Assembly: GCA_004431415.1 (NCBI GenBank) | Contig: QPMI01000017.1 | Span: 248,001-312,000 of the forward strand | From: Cyanophora paradoxa CCMP329 | Taxonomy: Eukaryota > Plantae > Glaucophyta | DNA: 64,000 nt | Direction: 5' to 3' | Part shown: in pieces, positions 1-10,487 of the stretch | Layout of the letters: each line of letters opens with the position of its first letter | Position numbering within the stretch: position 1 is the stretch's first letter | Program-made: the position numbers and the translations under genes | Notes under the pieces: model-generated | Database searches by the model: none | Told to the model about the DNA's origin: nothing | What the model saw: only the letters and a program-made list of their open reading frames with translations

Positions 1-1
1 T

Positions 2-226
2 GAAGTTATTCCCGAACCTGTTCATGTGGCAAAAGACTCACCTACAGAATTGATTGCAAAGACCATTGAGTATCAAGACTCCAACAAAACGGATTTGCCG
101 GTTCTCAATAAGTCGATCCTTCGGGTTGCCACTTCGCAGGCTGATCCAGTCAACTCGATTCCAAATGCTGCCCCAATGGTCTCTGGATTCGCCAAGCTTG
201 GTATAAGACCCGGTTATCGCCGTTAA
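2..226 (+). CDS. 3' end of a hypothetical viral protein (open from window start)
   Basis: Frame open from position 2 to TAA at 224-226; no recognisable motif. Confidence 0.5.
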   Translation, partial: EVIPEPVHVAKDSPTELIAKTIEYQDSNKTDLPVLNKSILRVATSQADPVNSIPNAAPMVSGFAKLGIRPGYRR

Positions 227-485
227 GGATCAATCTGAATAATATAATTTCTCAAACATTGTTAGCGCTACGTAACCAATCCTATCCCGTAGGCTCAAAA
301 CTTCTTCATTTTTATGGAGGCGTTGTAGAGCGAAGTGAAATATCCATAGGTAAATCACTTTAATCACCTGTTCTACCGGGTTCAGTGGTAGAAACTTGCA
401 GCCGACAAGTGAACCTTCTGGGTATCGGTAGCTTTATCATTTTTCCAGCATCTTCTTTCGTACTGGATGCTCTGCAATCGGGACC

Positions 486-546
486 AAAAATTGATTGGGT
501 TCTCACAAAGAATATATACACGACATAAAAACTACTTAAAGATTTC
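486..546 (+). promoter_or_regulatory. Candidate viral promoter: AAAAATTGA (486-494) and ACTTAAAGATTTC (534-546)
   Basis: Upstream of ATG 580. The 13-mer recurs exactly upstream of the 11829 gene, and a variant (ACTTAAGGAAAT) sits upstream of PolB. AAAATTGA is the known mimivirus early promoter motif. Confidence 0.45.
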
Positions 547-579
547 TTAACATATATTAAGAGAGTAGAAAGGACAAGA

Positions 580-843
580 ATGACGATCACAGAAGCCCAA
601 AAGAAAGCAACTTACCGCTACCGTAAAACAGAAAAGGGTATGTTAGCGCTTGCTAGGATTAATGAGAAACGCAATGCAAAATGGAACGAACTCTACAACA
701 ATGATGAAGAATTCAGACAAGCTCACATAATGACTTCATGCAAGGCTCAATATGTAAATAACACCATTCTCTATGTAAAGTATCTATTTGACGTTCCTCG
801 TACCAACCGCGGACGTCCATCAAAGTATGTTAATGCTTGTTAA
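580..843 (+). CDS. Small basic viral protein with C-terminal AT-hook-like motif (RGRPSK)
   Basis: 87-aa ORF with an AT-rich leader; EAQKKATYRYR start of the kind seen in small polinton/giant-virus proteins; followed by two hairpins (850-888). Confidence 0.6.
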   Translation: MTITEAQKKATYRYRKTEKGMLALARINEKRNAKWNELYNNDEEFRQAHIMTSCKAQYVNNTILYVKYLFDVPRTNRGRPSKYVNAC

Positions 844-1075
844 TCGTTTTTCTCAGCGCGATTGCTCTGAGAACCCGCGGAAACCGCGCTGGAAGCAAAA
901 CTATAAATCTTTCTGTTATTTTTAGAGTTCGATGATCGAGCCAACCCTTTGTTATTTTTATAAATGCCCTCGACTGAATTTATTTTGTTGGAGACTTTTG
1001 GTTTTGCCGGTAAAATTTGACGCGAGTATAAAATGACTTAAGGAAATAAAATATAGAGTATATATAAAAGTGAAA

Positions 1076-4000
1076 ATGCCTCGCGCAGTAAGTATTCAGA
1101 ATGCTAGAAAGAGACAAGGAATGCTAGCAAAGCTTGGTTACCTTCTTGGTGTCGGAATCATAAATGAAGAGCAATTTAACGCATTGGGTTACTTTGCCTT
1201 CATTAAGAGACTTCGATCTGCTGGTCTGAAGGACATAAGCGATACAATTGATGGTATTATTGCCAGGGGTGAGGGCAGACTGAATGAGCAGGATGAAATC
1301 GAGAGATTTGGTAACGTTGAGGTTATTGAAGGTGGAAATAAGAAGACCAAAGCAGAGCGGATCGCTGAAAAACGAGACAAGAGAGCTGAAAGGAAGCAGC
1401 AGAAGAAGCAGAAGAAAGCAGGGAGAACCGCTAAGAATGTTGAGAAGCAGAAGGTTAGAGAAAGAATAGCAAAGGAGGCAAAACAGCAGAGAGAGGATGA
1501 GAAGAAGCAACGAGAGGAGGCAGAGGTGATGCAGGCTATGAATAGTCTTGTAAGTGAGGTCACTTGGAGGAACCAGACCAAAGATAACATCGCTTCTGCC
1601 CATGAGTTTATTGATAGGGTTGTTCGTTGGGATCCCTTTTACAATCGTTTTCGAGATGCTCTTCGTAACAGACGAGGTATTAAGTATAACCTCTACAGCA
1701 TGGCGAGATATGTGAAAGTGGCAACTGGAGAAATAAGAACCATGCAATGGACCACCCCATTCTACCTTCTTGTCAATGATCAAGAGATTGTTGATACTGT
1801 TGATGAATCAATTGATGCATTGCAGGAGGTTCTCACTTCACCTGATAGTTGGAAGCTAGAAAACATCTTAACAGTTCGCTTGCAGATTCTTACTTATCAG
1901 CCACTCGCAGGTAGCTCCTATATTGACCTCCACCAGGAATAAAAAAGCGTAAAGCTGTGATTAATCCACAGAACAAAGATAATAAATGTTTCGCATGGGC
2001 GGTAACTATTGGACTACATCAACATGAGCTATCTCATAAACACCGATATGATGTAAAGCGATACAAGAAGTATGAGAATGAGTTCAATTGGAATAAGTTT
2101 GAGTTCCCATTCAAGAATGATCCTCGTCAGTACGAACGAGCATCAAAAATGATTGGTCGACCAATCAATGTGTATATGGTCGATCGATCACATATCGTTC
2201 CAGTCCATATCTGTAAGGACCCATCCCAACAACATCTTACAATTGACATTCTTCTGTGGACTGTCAACGAAAAAACCCACTATGGTTACATTTCTAGCAT
2301 GTCAAGGTTAATATCGAATTCACACCATGGAACTCGCCATTTCTGTAAAGCTTGTTTGAGAGGGTTCACCAGTGAAACGGTATTGGAGACCCACATTAAA
2401 CACAACAAGTGTTACGATCGACCAAATGCAACAGTTGACACAATGCCACCAAGCGGATCTAAGACCAAGTGGGACCCAAAGAGACATGTTGACAAGACTG
2501 TATGGCATCCAATGTTTGTTGTTGCTGACTTTGAATGTATATTGCAAAAGGTGGATGAGACACGAGGTGAAAACACTGCAGTCTACCAGAAACACATTCC
2601 CAGTGGATACAAAATCATGGTTATCCACAACGATGAGATTATCAAACAGGTATTGTATCGAAAGGAGAACCCAGAGAACGATGATGAGGTTACACAGCAC
2701 TTTATGGAGACACTGAAAACGATTGAATCCGATTTACTTGAGAAGCTTAGACATGTTGCCCAATGGTTATGGAACAATGGCACAAAGAGGATTACAGAGA
2801 TTCTGTTGCTTGCTACATCTGTGGAGATGAGTTTGGAGCTACTGTAACCGATGATAATGGTAACACATATCAAGTTAAAAAGGTTAGAGACCACGACCAC
2901 GTTACAGGAGATTACATTGGAGCAGCTTGCAATACTTGCAATCTGAAACGAAAGATCAATCCAAAGATCCCAGTTGTGTTCCACAATCTAAAAGGTTACG
3001 ATGGACACTATATTCTGAAGGCTTTGAATTTCAATGAACCTGGTAAGGAAATTCGTTGCATTGCCCAGAATTTTGAGAAGTTCATAGCATTCGATATGGG
3101 ACCATACAAGTTCATGGACTCTCTGAATTTCATGGCTTCGAGCCTTGATGGTCTGGTAAAGAATCTCAGTAAGAATAATTTCAAATTCACCAATGAGTGG
3201 TGTGATTCTGTAAATTATTCACAGGAACAGCGAGAGCTACTGATGCAAAAGGGACACTTCCCTTACGATTACCTGGATAGCTTCGAGAAACTCAGTGAGA
3301 CCCAATTACCTCCCAAAGAAGCTTTCTACTCGAAACTCAATGATACTGAATTGAGTGATTCTGACTACAAGCATTGCCAGATGGTATGGGATGCTTTCAA
3401 CTGCAAGACTCTCGGAGATTATCACGATATCTATCTTGCTACTGATGTTGCTCTGCTTGCTGACGTTTTCAATACATTCCGCAATGTTTGCTACAGTAAT
3501 TATAAGATCGATCCTATTCATTTCATTTCAGCCCCTCACCTGTCGTGGTTCGCGATGTTGAAATATACAGGTGTGGAGTTGGAGCAATTGAGTGACCCTG
3601 AAATGTATAGATTCTTTGAACTTGGAATTCGTGGAGGTGTTTGCATGGTTCCCAATCGTTATGCAGAGGCTAATAACCCTACATGAAGTCTTATGATCCA
3701 TCAAAGTCAACAAAGTATATCACCACTTGGGATGCCAACAATCTGTATGGGAAAGCGATGAGTTTCAAGCTACCAGAGGTGGATTTGAGTGGATTGATGA
3801 CATCGAGAATTTCGATTATATGGGCTTTGATGTGGAAGGTGATAGAGGTGCAACTTTGGAGGTTGACTTGGAATATCCAGAACACCTACATGATCTTCAC
3901 AGTGATTTACCTCTTGCTCCCGAATCTCTAATAATCACCAAGTCAATGATTTCACCAACACAGCTTGAAATGATTGGTGATGAAAAACTACCCCAGACTC

Positions 4001-5099
4001 GTAAGTTGGTTCCCAATCTGATGAACAAGACCAATTACATCCTACACATCAAAAACTTGCAGTACTACATCTCAAAAGGATTGAAGGTAACAAAGGTTCA
4101 TCGTGGGATTATGTATGATCAATCTGAGTGGCTGAGACCATACATCGATTTCAATACCGGACTGCGGACGCAAGCTCGTAATGATTTCGAGAAAGATTTC
4201 TACAAACTCATGAATAACTCAGTTTTCGGAAAGACCATGGAGAACGTTCGCAAGCGAAGTAACATAAAGCTTTGCAACGATCCCAGGGTGCAGCTCAAAC
4301 ACAACGGCAATCCATTGTTGAAGACAGTGAAGATTATCAATGAGAATCTTACTGCTTTAGAGTTCTATAAGGGTTCTATTATGTTGGATAAACCCATTTA
4401 TGTTGGTCAGGCTATCTTGGATCTGTCCAAACTAATCATGTATCGTTTCCATTACGATTACATCATGGTGAAGTATGGACCTGGATCAGCCAAGCTGCTC
4501 ATGACTGATACAGATTCCCTGTATTATCTGATTGAGACTGACGATATCTACAAAGACATGATTGAGGATTCTCATTGGTTTGATCAGTCTGATTACAGCA
4601 AATCCCACATCTGTTACAACCCTAAAAATAAAAGGTTCCCGGTTTGTTCAAGGATGATTGTGGTGATTATCTCGTTACAAGGTTTGCTGGTTACAAACCA
4701 AAAGCATACTCCTACGAGAAGGAGTTGAATGTTAAGGCTCTGGGATCAGAAGAAAATGTAAAACAGGTGATTGCTGACAAGTTGAAGGATTTGTTAAGAG
4801 TGAAGTCGAATGCTACGGAAGCTGATGTTATTGATAGTAAGGTTAAGAAGTTGAAGGGAGTTCAGCGGTCAGTAGTGCAGAATAGGTTAGAGTTCCTACA
4901 ATTCTACATCACTGTCATGTATCCAATGAAGGAGCGGGAGAAAGTAACAGTTCGAGGTTTCCGATCAAAGAACCACGAGGTAACAACGCAGGAAATGAAG
5001 AAAAGGGCATTCAATGCGCTCGATACTAAGAGGTATCTTTGTGAGGACCTCTATACTACTCTTGCGATTGGACACTATAAAACAAAAACAACACTATAA
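1076..5099 (+). CDS. polB: Protein-primed family B DNA polymerase (Polinton/adintovirus type), split by five single-base frameshifts
   Basis: Motifs in order across six overlapping ORFs: YQPLAGSSYIDL, INPQNKDNKCFAWAV, C2H2 finger, Exo I VADFE, endonuclease VII-like CYIC..RDHDH..CNTCN, HNLKGYD, KGHFPY, DANNLYG, KLMNNSVFGKT, TDTDS, KKLKGV, DTKRY. Confidence 0.95.
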
Positions 5100-5104
5100 T
5101 AAGG

Positions 5105-6162
5105 ATGGACCAGGTTCTGAGTTATACCAAGTATCGACAGAAATTGATTAAAGAAGGTATCACATTTGATGAGGAAGAACTAAGAAAGCGTTTTAAAATC
5201 AAGAGCTTGAGCAGATCTTTAAGAAGCCCAAAAAGCAAAAGTCTTTCTTGCGGATCATTGCTCCACCCAATTCCTTTCAGGTTGATGTGATTTATTTCAA
5301 AAGCTACAAGACAGCAACACATGGAGTGGATAGGATGCTGGGATTTGTCGATATATTGAGTCGGAAAGCATTTGTATACCCTTTCAAGCCAAAGGATTCG
5401 AAAATCGATATTTTCAACAGGTTCAAAGTTGAGGCAGGCAAGGTTAGTGCTATCTCAGGAGACAATGAGTTCTCTGCTGAGATTTATAGGAAATGGTGTG
5501 AGGAAAACAATGTTACACTCTACACTGATGTAGCTAAGAATGACCACATCACAGTAGGTGATAAACTTGGTATTATCGATAGGTTCACCAGAACTTTTAA
5601 ACAATATTTGAGAAAAGCAATAGTTTCGAGTGGGAACCCAAAATGGACTGATTATTACAAACAGGTTCTGGCAACTTACAACAACAGTCCACACACTTCC
5701 CTAAAGAATGATTCACCCAATGCAGTGTATGGGAATAACGAGAAAGAATCGTTCATATATTTGCGTGATGCATTGCATAACAAACGTATTAAAGAAGGTA
5801 GCCCAACAGTAAAGGAGGGAGATTATGTTCGAGCTGTAACTGAAAAGAAGACTTTCGATAAAGAAGGAGCAAGATACAGCAAACAAGTGTATAAAGTAGC
5901 AGGCAAGGTAGGTAATCGATTTAGTTTATTGGAAGAGAATGAGGGAGAGAGTCCAAAGGAAGTAAAACGAAACTTTAAACTGAACGAGTTGCAAAAAGTA
6001 GATAAGGCAGCAATTGTTAAGATTCCCACACAGAAGCGTGTGGAGCGAGTGAAAAAAACAACGAAGGTAAATAGATTAGTAGCAAAAGAGGGTATCAAGC
6101 CCAATAGGAGCAAAGTAGTTAGGAAGAGGTATAATTTACGAAGCGGGTTGACTAGACGTTAG
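5105..6162 (+). CDS. Retroviral-like (rve) integrase A, one frameshift at ~5197
   Basis: FQVDVI, GFVDILSRKAF, SGDNEF, GIIDRFTRT, YNNSPH, C-terminal SH3-like KEGDYVR..FDKEG..YS. Adding one A to the run at 5195-5198 joins ORF 5105 to ORF 5248. Confidence 0.9.
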
Positions 6163-6521
6163 GCTGTGAGGTATGAACCATCTTTCGATTCAACAATTTT
6201 CGTGATAGGTCTGAACACTTTGAAAATTTCTTTATAATGGATTCCTTTAACATACCAACCCTTATGAATTGGGTCCCATCTGAGACCATAAGATTTCGCT
6301 AATTGGATGTCTTTGAAAGCAACTTGACAAAACATTTTAACATTAATGTATTTGATTTCGTCTTCTGTTAGTTTTCGGAATTCTTTGAAGATCTCACTGT
6401 TTTCATCTTCAACAAACCATAGCTTCTTTTCAAAATCCCATTTTGCTCCTTTTGATTTCACGGATTCGCGATCATCATATCGAGAGAAAATGTAAAAGCG
6501 TTGTTGTGGCTTGGTTTCCAT
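6159..6521 (-). CDS. Tandem DUF5710-like protein
   Basis: Two repeats: VKSKGAKWDFEKKLWFV and AKSYGLRWDPIHKGWYV. Convergent with integrase A, with overlapping stops. Confidence 0.75.
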   Translation of the reverse strand: METKPQQRFYIFSRYDDRESVKSKGAKWDFEKKLWFVEDENSEIFKEFRKLTEDEIKYINVKMFCQVAFKDIQLAKSYGLRWDPIHKGWYVKGIHYKEIFKVFRPITKIVESKDGSYLTA

Positions 6522-6539
6522 TTTTATTCAGATTATCAG

Positions 6540-6775
6540 ATTATTTTTATATGAAACAATCAATGAGGAATAACCGAGATTATGATATAACATCGATTGT
6601 TGTTACTGAGGCTTACTGAGATTTTACGTTTTGTTTTGTGTGGTTACTGTGAATGGTTTGTTTTTGATTTGGTTTTGTCGAAACGTTTGTGGAATATCGA
6701 AAAGTTTAAAGTTTATTCGATTTTATTACCATATATAATTTCGTGGGGCAGTATGCCCAATTTACATTTTTTTAT
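6540..6775. repeat. Putative right terminal (TIR) region of element A
   Basis: Non-coding, T/G-skewed, three TTACTG copies (6603, 6613, 6644) and a GGGCA-GTA-TGCCC hairpin. Abuts a helicase that starts mid-domain. The partner TIR is not in the window. Confidence 0.45.
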
Positions 6776-8070
6776 TGCTTAGTCATTTGCCCCTATAACA
6801 AACAGTGCGCAGAGCTGAGGGACTCTCTCAAAGTCCGCGGAATCGAGAATATTACCGTTCGCACTTTGTATAATGTTCTCGGGATCCGTGTCTCAAATGA
6901 TCAGACCTACGAAGAGGCTATGAGCGAAAAAGACCAGAGGGCGTTTGTCTCCGAGTTCAGCCACATTATGTTCGACGAGATATTCGCGTATTCTGTAAAA
7001 GATCTCGCTAAGATCAAGTCGTTTATCGATCGCTACCCGGATATCAAATATTTGGCTAATGGCGATACCTATCAGAACGAACCGATTAATGACGAGCTCT
7101 CGGTTTCTGATCGCAAGGGCTACTATAAGCGCGCTGTGCAGAGCATGTTCCCTAACGTCCTGAGTCTACGCATTAACAAGCGGCACAAGAAGGAGACAGA
7201 CCGTGAATTAATTGGGGCGATCAAAGAGGATCTCTTCGAAAACGGACTCGAAGCCGCACAGATTATCTCGAAATACGGGTTGCCGACAATTAATGATCTA
7301 AGCGCTATCCCCGACGGCTACTTTGGCATTGCTTACAGAAACGAAATGACCTTAGCCTATAACAAACTGATGCACGATAGACGGAAAGTAAATATCCCAA
7401 CCGTAGAGGTCAATGGCATCAAATTCTACAAGGGTCTGGAAGTCGTTTGTCGCAGGTATCTACGCATTTCGCGGTCTGAGGGTGAGTCTATTAATGCATA
7501 CACGAATTACACCTATCGAATCACCAAAATCACCAAGCAAATGGTCACATTAACTGACGTTTTCGATGGCGTCACGTTCGAGGTTCCGTGCGCGATGTTA
7601 GAACATTTTTCTCTCCTTATGCAGGAACAGGTCATTCAACGCAAGGTCTCACACTTGATTCGGGCATTGTCATTTGTGAGGCTACGTTCCGCTATACCAC
7701 TCGCGAATGGTTCTATACCGCTCTCACTCGTAACCGCGATCTGTCCACTGTGCTGATTTATACACCGATTCACAAGTTCCAAGGAAAGAGCGACTACATC
7801 GAATATCTGAAAACGAAGATCCGCGGATATAAATGCCAGGATCAGCGTGCCGGGCGCGATTTCAACGAAGCGGATTATATTACGCCGGAGTGGATATTAG
7901 AGCGCAAGAAGCAACAGAAGGGCGCCTGTGCGATCTGTTCCCTTCCGATTCCGATTGAGCCGCAAGATCCGAATTATAGGCTCGTCGTGGATCGCATCAA
8001 TAATAAGCGCCCACATCTTAAAGACAATTGTCAACTCGCGCATCACGGGTGCAATTGCAGCAAAAAATAA
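6773..8070 (+). CDS. 5'-truncated SF1B (RecD/Pif1-like) helicase fused to a C-terminal HNH-like nuclease domain; frameshift at ~7615
   Basis: Motif Ia-like LVICPYNK, Walker B IMFDEI, GDTYQNEPI, NKRHK, GHSTQGLTL, YTALTR, then CAIC..VDRINNKRPH..NCQLAHHGCN. No Walker A upstream. Confidence 0.8.
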
Positions 8071-8088
8071 ACAGGGTTAATTAGAAGA

Positions 8089-9471
8089 ATGTCACGGATC
8101 GTCAGAAGGGTAGCGGGCGAGGAAACGGAGACCACCATTCTACCTATCGCGGTTCCTGAAACTGAGCAAGTCCCCCAAAAAATCACAAAACGCCAAGCAA
8201 AATCAAATTTATTAGGAGATGTTCCTTTTAGCATTGCTAACCCGTCCTCTAAGATCGTGCGACGCATGTATGACCCGAAGACAGGTTTTAAGAACCCGTC
8301 CGCGATATACGAAGAGCTGAGAAAAGAGGACAAGACCCTCACATTAAAAGAAGTGCAAGATGTCGCAGCGAAACAAGAATTTATGCAGATCAACAAGAAG
8401 CCCCCCGCACCGACCCAAACAGCTTTTATTCCCATCACAGCCCCGCCGTGGTGCTACCAAGCCGATCTCATCTTTTATCTCTCATATGGCAGCTATAATT
8501 CCGGCTACATTGCAGTCCTTACTCTCATCGAGATGACAAGCCGAAAAGCATATGCCAAGAAGTTAAAGAACAAAGAGGGCGCAAGTGTTGCCGCCGCTTT
8601 TGCGGAGATGCTTACAGAGCTCCCGGCTCCGATGATTCGATTGGAGACAGATAACGGCTCAGAATTCATCGCGAAGGAGTTTCAGGAGGTCGTTAAAAGC
8701 AATGGAATAGAGCACCGCTTTAAACAGGTCGGAGATCACACTTCGCTGGGAATAATGAATCGCTTTCATTTGACCCTAAAAACGATGATAAACAATTACT
8801 GTGTCGCATATAATACTGTGCGGTTTATGGACAAGCTGGACGACTTCGTTTTCAATTATAATAACACCATTCACAGAACCATAGGAATGAAACCCGCAGA
8901 TGTTAAGCTTTCTGATATGGAGCGGATCCGAGCGGCTATTATTTCAAGGAAGAACACAATCGTAAAGGATATATTCAGCGACTTTAAGCCGGGTCTCCAC
9001 GTCCGCCTGTTATTGCCGAGATCAAAATTCGATAAAGGGGCGACTCAAAGGTATAGCCGAGAGGTCTACAAAATTGCGGGAAGGAGAGGAAACGCGATAG
9101 AGGTGCAAGATGCAGCGGGGAACGTTATGCCGAAGCTTTTTAAGCCGCACGAATTGCAAATCATTACAGAGGTCGAGGCTGTGGTGGAGCCATCAGGCAA
9201 CGCTATTTTAGCGGCTGATGTAGAGGCAGCTTCGATCCGGCAGGTTCAAAAGGAAGGCATAGATGTCGCCGCAAGTGTTCCGAAAGGGGCTTTATTGGAA
9301 GATCGCGCAGAAAAGACAAAGAGGGCGCTGAGAGAGCTCGCTAAACTAACGATCGCGGGAACTGAGAAGCTCTCAGAGGTAAACAGTCAGAGGTGGTATA
9401 AATCGTTCAAGAATCAGAGCGCAAGCTACACAGCCCCTACTACGCGCATTCTTCGGTCTTCTCGTTCATAA
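8089..9471 (+). CDS. Retroviral-like (rve) integrase B
   Basis: Polinton-type N-terminus YDPKTGF..V..Q, YQADLI, ETDNGSEF, GIMNRFHLTLK, YNNTIHRTIGMKP, FDKG..RYSREVY. Confidence 0.92.
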   Translation: MSRIVRRVAGEETETTILPIAVPETEQVPQKITKRQAKSNLLGDVPFSIANPSSKIVRRMYDPKTGFKNPSAIYEELRKEDKTLTLKEVQDVAAKQEFMQINKKPPAPTQTAFIPITAPPWCYQADLIFYLSYGSYNSGYIAVLTLIEMTSRKAYAKKLKNKEGASVAAAFAEMLTELPAPMIRLETDNGSEFIAKEFQEVVKSNGIEHRFKQVGDHTSLGIMNRFHLTLKTMINNYCVAYNTVRFMDKLDDFVFNYNNTIHRTIGMKPADVKLSDMERIRAAIISRKNTIVKDIFSDFKPGLHVRLLLPRSKFDKGATQRYSREVYKIAGRRGNAIEVQDAAGNVMPKLFKPHELQIITEVEAVVEPSGNAILAADVEAASIRQVQKEGIDVAASVPKGALLEDRAEKTKRALRELAKLTIAGTEKLSEVNSQRWYKSFKNQSASYTAPTTRILRSSRS

Positions 9472-9509
9472 CAAACCCGAAATTATTTTCTCCGGTAAAT
9501 ATAAAAGAG

Positions 9510-9824
9510 ATGGAGGGTGAAAAGTATTATGTTGATATTCCGTTTGATAAAAAAGACGTTGCGAAATCCCTCGGTGGAAAGTGGGATCGTGAGAATTCAT
9601 GCTGGTATGTCACGAAGAAAGATCACCCCCTATGCTCTCAGTTCAAAACTCTAAGCTATGAGCAAGTGTATCAAAGAAACGTGAAGGTTTACCTCGATAT
9701 TCCTTATGAATTTAAGGATCAAGCGAAGGCTGAGAAAGCCCGCTGGGATCCCGTTATGCGATGCTGGTATGTCATGGGTCTCGATCACCCGCTAATGGGC
9801 AAGTTTCCGATCAAGGAGCATTAA
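9510..9824 (+). CDS. Tandem DUF5710-like protein
   Basis: YVDIPFDKKDVAKSLGGKWD..CWYV and YLDIPYEFKDQAKAEKARWDP..CWYV. Confidence 0.8.
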   Translation: MEGEKYYVDIPFDKKDVAKSLGGKWDRENSCWYVTKKDHPLCSQFKTLSYEQVYQRNVKVYLDIPYEFKDQAKAEKARWDPVMRCWYVMGLDHPLMGKFPIKEH

Positions 9825-9849
9825 ATATATCTGTCGTTTTTTTCATTTT

Positions 9850-10242
9850 TTATGAAATTGGGAACCTTTGCTCGACCTGTAAGTCCCACTTTCGCACTTT
9901 CAGCCTTTCCTGTATGAGATCGTTAATGTCCTGTGCTATACCCATTGTCTTCGCTTCGGCATTTGACCCGCATGTAAAGATATCGATCGCTAATAGCCCC
10001 TGGTCGCTATAAGAGTGAGCTGTGGCATGCGACTCATCTAATAGAAAGCCAATCGCGAAACCGGGAGGGGAAATAGAGCCATCGAAAATGCAAGTGTGCT
10101 GATGCACGATGCGCATATTGCGATCTGTGATATATTGCGATAGGTTCGCTGTGATCCACTCGGCGCATGCCTCCGGGGACTCAGTAAACGGCTCGGTTAT
10201 ATAGTCGAGCATAACGTGGTAGCCGCGGTATCGGGAATCCAT
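9850..10242 (-). CDS. speD: Prokaryotic-type (class 1B) S-adenosylmethionine decarboxylase proenzyme
   Basis: 130 aa: GYHVMLDY, PPGF..FLLDESH (E-S-H pyruvoyl self-cleavage site), AHSY, AIDIFTCG. Confidence 0.88.
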   Translation of the reverse strand: MDSRYRGYHVMLDYITEPFTESPEACAEWITANLSQYITDRNMRIVHQHTCIFDGSISPPGFAIGFLLDESHATAHSYSDQGLLAIDIFTCGSNAEAKTMGIAQDINDLIQERLKVRKWDLQVEQRFPIS

Positions 10243-10487
10243 TATTAATTATAAAACAAATATTTAATGACCCTATGATACTTACATGGTCGTGTTAGCC
10301 TCGTCAAGACGGTCACGGCGCTATTTTTGGTTTTGCAAGGCGATGGGTTGGTGAAGAGATGCAGTGATTTGTCGGTTTGCGTGGCGGTTTCGAAAAAAAC
10401 AAAAAAAACACAAAAAATTCAAAGTTGTGCGGGATCACACACACGGAGGTTCGGACATATATACGAAATATATATATGACTGAGTCG

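Noticed and set aside
1900-4700. Programmed ribosomal frameshifting in PolB
   Set aside because: Five shifts in one gene, mostly at 2-3 base C runs without slippery heptamers, and the same pattern in other genes; sequencing error or decay is simpler.
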